DNA of 19,480 nucleotides from a virus (Duplodnaviria; Heunggongvirae; Uroviricota; Caudoviricetes): IMG/VR virus record IMGVR_UViG_2648501130_000004; one strand, 5' to 3'. Shown piece by piece: positions 15,510 to 19,480 of this stretch (position 1 is its first letter; each line of letters starts with the position of its first letter). The notes under the pieces were generated by a model. It saw only the letters and a program-made list of their open reading frames with translations, ran no database searches and was not told where the DNA came from. The position numbers and the translations under genes were made by a program.

Positions 15510-15963
15510 AGCTGTTGGCTGGAACTGGAATAGCGGTGTTTATGATGCAGATATCAGTGGTGCATCGACATTAATCCTCCACTTCAATATGAATGCGGGG
15601 AGTTGCCCTGCTGTACAGTTCCGCGTGAATTACAGGAACGGCGGTATTTTTTATCGTTCAGCGCGTGATGGTTATGGCTTTGAAGCTAACTGGTCAGAGT
15701 TTTACACCACAACACGCAAACCCTCTGCGGGGGATGTTGGTGCATATACGCAGGCAGAATGTAACTCAAGGTTTATTACAGGTATTCGCCTTGGCGGTCT
15801 GTCATCTGTTCAGACATGGAAAGGCCCCGGCTGGTCTGACAGGTCAGGTTATGTCGTTACGGGTTCAGTTAACGGAAACCGTGATGAATTAATTGATACA
15901 ACTCAGGCAAGGCCAATTCAGTATTGCATTAATGGGACGTGGTATAACGCGGGGAGTATTTAA
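15475..15963 (+). pseudogene. Side tail-fibre protein, C-terminal variable-domain fragment (N-terminal constant part missing)
   Basis: Reading frame is open from 15475 with no fibre N-terminus; the C-terminus ...PIQYCINGTWYNAGSI parallels the minus-strand fibre ...PIQKYINGTWYNVVQV. Confidence 0.65.
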
Positions 15964-15965
15964 CG

Positions 15966-16499
15966 ATGATGCACTTAAAAAACATTACTGCTGGCAACCC
16001 TAAAACAAAAGAGCAATACCAGCTAACAAAGCAATTTAACATCAAATGGCTTTATTCAGATGATGGAAAAAACTGGTATGAGGAACAAAAGAATTTCCAG
16101 CCAGACACTTTGAAAATGGTCTATGACCATAACGGCGTTATTATTTGTATTGAAAAGGATGTTTCAGCAATTAATCCAGAGGGTGCAAGCGTCGTTGAAT
16201 TACCTGATATTACAGCAAATCGCCGGGCTGATATTTCGGGGAAATGGATGTTCAAAGATGGCGTAGTGATAAAGCGAACTTATACCGAGGAAGAGCAGAG
16301 GCAACAAGCGGAAAATGAAAAGCAAAGCCTGTTGCAACTTGTCAGGGATAAAACCCAGCTATGGGACTCACAGCTACGGCTGGGCATCATTTCCGACGAG
16401 AATAAACAAAAATTAACCGAGTGGATGCTCTATGCGCAGAAAGTCGAATCTACAGACACTTCCGGCCTGCCAGTAACGTTTCCCGAACAACCAGAATGA
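15966..16499 (+). CDS. Tail-fibre assembly protein (Tfa)
   Basis: 177-aa [27 protein letters not shown]...; conserved Tfa N-terminus; lies directly after the fibre fragment. Confidence 0.85.
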   Translation: MMHLKNITAGNPKTKEQYQLTKQFNIKWLYSDDGKNWYEEQKNFQPDTLKMVYDHNGVIICIEKDVSAINPEGASVVELPDITANRRADISGKWMFKDGVVIKRTYTEEEQRQQAENEKQSLLQLVRDKTQLWDSQLRLGIISDENKQKLTEWMLYAQKVESTDTSGLPVTFPEQPE

Positions 16500-16504
16500 G
16501 AGAA

Positions 16505-16527
16505 GGCCCGCTATCGGGCCTTAATTT
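16505..16527 (+). terminator. Hairpin GGCCCG-ctat-CGGGCC followed by TTAATTTTT, between the convergent tfa genes
   Basis: Read directly from the sequence; centre of the invertible-segment remnant. Confidence 0.5.
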
Positions 16528-17055
16528 TTACTCTGGTTTTTGTGGCCATTCAGGATTTGCCGTATCCACACGGCTGACCAGAACACTGTAGCGTTCCCAT
16601 GCTTCCAGTCGTGTGCGTTCCTCGTCTGTTGCCATATTCAGCCTGACAGCGCGTTCCAGCGGTTGGATGACTGATTCAGCTTCGGAAAGCAATGCGGCCT
16701 TTTGTGATTCGGCCTGTTGTTGTTGCTCGTCTGCCGTATAAATCCGTTTAACCACAGCTCCGTCCCTAAACATCCACTTACCGGAATCATCAGCGCGGCG
16801 GTTGGCTGTAATATCTGGAACCTCAACGACGCTATAACCTTCAGGGTTAAGCGTGGAGGCATCTTTGGTGATGGCGACAATAATATTATTTGCATCGTAA
16901 ACAATCTTTATTGTGTCTGGCTGAAAGTTTTTCACTTCCTCATACCAGTTTTTTCCGTCTTCGGACCATAACCAGATAACATCAAAATTCTTTGTTAGCT
17001 GATATTGTTCTTTTGTTTTTGGATTTCCAGACTTAATATTTTTTAAATGCTGCAT
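16528..17055 (-). CDS. Tail-fibre assembly protein (Tfa), alternative copy (TfaQ/TfaR-like)
   Basis: 175-aa [43 protein letters not shown]..., very close to E. coli prophage Tfa proteins as I recall them. Confidence 0.9.
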   Translation of the reverse strand: MQHLKNIKSGNPKTKEQYQLTKNFDVIWLWSEDGKNWYEEVKNFQPDTIKIVYDANNIIVAITKDASTLNPEGYSVVEVPDITANRRADDSGKWMFRDGAVVKRIYTADEQQQQAESQKAALLSEAESVIQPLERAVRLNMATDEERTRLEAWERYSVLVSRVDTANPEWPQKPE

Positions 17056-17058
17056 AAA

Positions 17059-18021
17059 TTACACCTGTACGACGTTATACCATGTGCCATTGATGTATTT
17101 TTGTATTGGTCTGAATACTGCCGGATCATCGCCATCAACTGCACCGATAATGCCAAGCCCCGTAATTGCATGACCTGATTTCTCATACATCACGCCTTTT
17201 TGCATAGTCTGAACAACACGTGTACCAAGTCGGACATCTCTCACATAACGTGAGTCAAAATTACCATAATTGCCGGGAATAACTTGCGCACCGCAAAGCC
17301 AGTTGCCATTGTTGTCCATGTACGCCTGACCATCGGTGCCATTGGCTGTCCTTGAGTTATTAATCATGTAGATGCCAAATTGCTTATTCCCCAGTCCACC
17401 AATCATAAATTTGCGATCAGCGTGGTCCTGACGAAGTAATGCCTGCGCACCATCGGTGGATACCGCATTGCGTCCCAAAATAACATTCTGGTCACGCATA
17501 TGAATCCACATGCCGGTACTACTGTTAATTGCAAAACGGTTTGCAAATATATCCCCTGTAACATCAAGACCATGCCCCATGCTTATCCGACCAGTTCTGA
17601 GATTAAGCGTAAAGGGGCGTAGTGGCCCTATATCACCATTTTCTCCCTCATTCTCTCGTGTAGGGATGATATGCAGGCATTCTTCAGAACGACGAAAAAT
17701 AGCACCAAAAGATGAATTAAATATCCTCAGTGCATTGACTGTCGATATTTTTACTTCACTGCTGAAAAGGGCTTTAACAAGGACAGACAAAGCATCCCAT
17801 TTAAGAGTCATCAGGTCTTTTGTTGTGGTGCTCTGGCGGCTTCTCCATTTGAAATATTCATTGCCGTTGTCGCCTGTTTCAAACCACATGTATGAATCAG
17901 TGTCGCTGTCGGCATTATTTTTAAAACCAATCTTTGCCCAGTCAGTATTTCTAATCCAGGCAAGGATTGAGTCGTTTTCAAAAGTAAGCCCACCGGACAA
18001 GGTATCGCCATTCTTTTGCAC
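17059..18021 (-). CDS. Tail-fibre variable C-terminal segment (alternative fibre end; constant N-terminal part not encoded here)
   Basis: 320-aa ORF whose first codon is GTG; the frame is open upstream into the crossover site but hits TAA at 18066-18064; C-terminus ...INGTWYNVVQV. Confidence 0.75.
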   Translation of the reverse strand: MQKNGDTLSGGLTFENDSILAWIRNTDWAKIGFKNNADSDTDSYMWFETGDNGNEYFKWRSRQSTTTKDLMTLKWDALSVLVKALFSSEVKISTVNALRIFNSSFGAIFRRSEECLHIIPTRENEGENGDIGPLRPFTLNLRTGRISMGHGLDVTGDIFANRFAINSSTGMWIHMRDQNVILGRNAVSTDGAQALLRQDHADRKFMIGGLGNKQFGIYMINNSRTANGTDGQAYMDNNGNWLCGAQVIPGNYGNFDSRYVRDVRLGTRVVQTMQKGVMYEKSGHAITGLGIIGAVDGDDPAVFRPIQKYINGTWYNVVQV

Positions 18022-18045
18022 GGCGTTCCTGGCCCTGTTTACCGT

Positions 18046-18071
18046 TTCCTGTAAACCGAGGTTTTAGATAA
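18046..18071. other. Site-specific inversion crossover site (gix/hix/pix-like 26-mer TTCCTGTAAACCGAGGTTTTAGATAA)
   Basis: Near-identical to the Gin/Hin/Pin crossover consensus as I remember it (imperfect dyad TTATC..AAACC / GGTTT..); lies between the fibre 5' end and the invertase gene. Confidence 0.65.
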
Positions 18072-18101
18072 TGGCGGTTTCTGGCCTGCATGGCATGATT
18101 T

Positions 18102-18451
18102 GTGCTTTTGGACGGGAGATTCAGCGTGCTGATTGGCTATGTAAGGGTATCAACAAATGACCAGAATACAGACCTGCAACGAAACGCTCTTGTTTGTGCA
18201 GGATGTGAACAAATATTTGAAGATAAATTAAGCGGAATAAGGACAGGCCGACCTGGATTAAAACGTGCTTTAAAGCGCCTTCAAAAAGGTGACGCACTGG
18301 TTGTCTGGAAACTGGACTGACTGGGTCACTGTATGCGGCATCTTGTCGTGCTGGTGGTGGAAGCCTGGAAAAAGTATCGGGTGTTGCTGAACCGTGTTGA
18401 TACATCAACTGCACCTGATATTGAGTGGCCTACGAACCCTGTCAGGGAGTA
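18102..18451 (+). pseudogene. Serine DNA invertase (Pin/Gin/Hin family) pseudogene: intact catalytic N-terminus, premature TGA after codon VVWKLD, degraded remainder
   Basis: LIGYVRVSTNDQNTDLQRNALVCAGCEQIFEDKLSG...LKRALKRLQKGDALVVWKLD then stop; the same frame continues [12 protein letters not shown] (compare Pin LGRSMKHLISLV) and then diverges; full-length invertases are about 185-195 aa. Confidence 0.8.
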
Positions 18452-18976
18452 ATCATTGGGATTATGCCGCAGCACGTCGTATGCAAGAACGTGCTGCGGT
18501 TGGATGCTATTTTTTCCCTGAAGCGGAAAACATTACTACAGTTATGACGATGAATTACAAGGGGTTAAATGATGCCACGGCATAGCGATATTGAAATAGC
18601 CTGGCATGCTTCAATACAGTGGGAACCGAATGGCCGGAAGACCGTCACCACACAGCGGTTTGTCTAGGGACTGAGCAATGTTCACAGGTACTGGGCTATG
18701 AGGGCTGTTAATAAACTGATAAATACGGCAACACCACTTAGGTCAGCGTAGCCGGTAAATCGAAAAGCAACTTCATCCAGGAATTTCTGTCAGTGTTGTT
18801 TGGAGATCTGATTGCCATGATGGATCAAGAGTTCTCTCTTATTGCCGGCTTGGTGTTGACTGAAAACTGGTATGATGCCGGGCGCATGTTGGCTAATCAT
18901 TGGGAATACTGCCGACACTGAACCATTCGCTCTTTTGATTTGGGGCGGTGCGACATAGCATGTAGGGAGTAAATCA

Positions 18977-19480
18977 ATGACTGAATTTCTTGGAAAACTG
19001 TTCGACAGGGTTTATACGGAGAAGGATTTCGGCATTAATGTCGCCATATTTGTCGCGGGACTTGCCGGAATGAGCTGTTATCTGATCCTTCACGACTATG
19101 TCCTGACGCTGTTCGCATTTATTATTCCATTCCCGATCGTCAAGATCATTGCCGGAGGATGGCATCAGCGTCTTCTTGCCCAGAAAGGAAAAGCTGCTTC
19201 AAGGCAGCAGTTGGCCGCACTTTATGATTCACTTACGGACAGTGAAAAAAACGTGGTACAGCACTTTGTAGCATTCGGCGGTGCTGTGATGACATGGGGA
19301 CAAATGAACCGGCTTGATGATCCGCAAACTGGTGTGGAGTCCCTGGTTCGGAAGGGATTACTGGGTACCTCCGTGTCCGTGGATGGAATGCACGAGACCT
19401 TCGAGCTGGATCTGACGCTTTTTGCCTTTGCTTACCGTTGGCGAGCCTCTCAGAATACGGACTCTGCGGCAGAGGGTTAA
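18977..19480 (+). CDS. Hypothetical membrane protein (167 aa) at the prophage end, function unknown
   Basis: AGGGAG RBS 8 nt upstream of the ATG; predicted transmembrane helices (INVAIFVAGLAGMSCYLIL and LTLFAFIIPFPIVKIIAGG); no recognised domain. Confidence 0.65.
   Translation: MTEFLGKLFDRVYTEKDFGINVAIFVAGLAGMSCYLILHDYVLTLFAFIIPFPIVKIIAGGWHQRLLAQKGKAASRQQLAALYDSLTDSEKNVVQHFVAFGGAVMTWGQMNRLDDPQTGVESLVRKGLLGTSVSVDGMHETFELDLTLFAFAYRWRASQNTDSAAEG

Larger units (their letters stand above)
1..19480. mobile_element. Defective lambdoid prophage (integrase to tail-fibre inversion remnant); lysis and virion structural modules absent
   Basis: Collinear order int, xis, early-left genes, cI, cro, O-like, RusA, Q, tail-fibre/tfa/pin; no terminase, portal, capsid, tail-shaft or lysis ORF anywhere in the window. 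Confidence 0.85.

Noticed and set aside
15589-15963. Treating the 124-aa ATG-initiated ORF as an intact small gene
   Set aside because: The frame is open a further 114 nt upstream without a start signal and the product is only the C-terminal tip of a tail fibre; annotated as a fragment.
18394-18585. 63-aa ORF after the invertase stop
   Set aside because: It lies within the decayed 3' portion of the pin pseudogene in a different frame, with no RBS; treated as part of the pseudogene remnant.
1-19480. CRISPR arrays, tRNA or rRNA genes, insertion sequences with terminal inverted repeats
   Set aside because: I saw no regularly spaced direct repeats, no tRNA-like cloverleaf candidates and no transposase ORF; the tRNA or att site used by the P4-type integrase is expected just upstream of position 1, outside the window.

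Overview
The window reads as a defective lambdoid prophage of an enterobacterial (E. coli-like) genome, starting exactly at the integrase start codon. From left to right: a P4-family tyrosine integrase (+); an AT-rich, compositionally foreign 567-aa gene that I tentatively assign to the abortive-infection AIPR family; a leftward early operon (excisionase-like HTH protein, two DUF551 proteins, an HD-domain hydrolase, a YfdQ-like DUF2303 protein, a YfdP-like protein) transcribed from a pL-like promoter through a roughly 590-nt ORF-free leader that contains an intrinsic terminator; a cI-like S24 repressor; a divergent operator/promoter region; Cro (YdaS-like); a CII/YdaT-like protein; two unknown coupled ORFs; an O-like replication initiator with internal iterons; PerC-like and LexA-N-terminal-like DNA-binding proteins; RusA; a KilA-N protein; a DUF968 protein; a Q-like antiterminator with a PR'-tR' unit. 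Immediately after Q, where lysis and morphogenesis genes are expected, there is only an AT-rich lipoprotein moron bracketed by two copies of the same terminator hairpin, then a decayed invertible tail-fibre segment (fibre fragment, two convergent tfa genes, second fibre variable part, one intact gix-like crossover site, a pin invertase pseudogene) and a terminal 167-aa membrane protein of unknown function. All functional calls come from reading the translated ORFs and the DNA by eye and from remembered family signatures; no database search was run. The strongest candidates for something new are the integrase-proximal AT-rich gene, the N-less structured pL leader, the terminator-bracketed lipoprotein moron and the terminal membrane protein.
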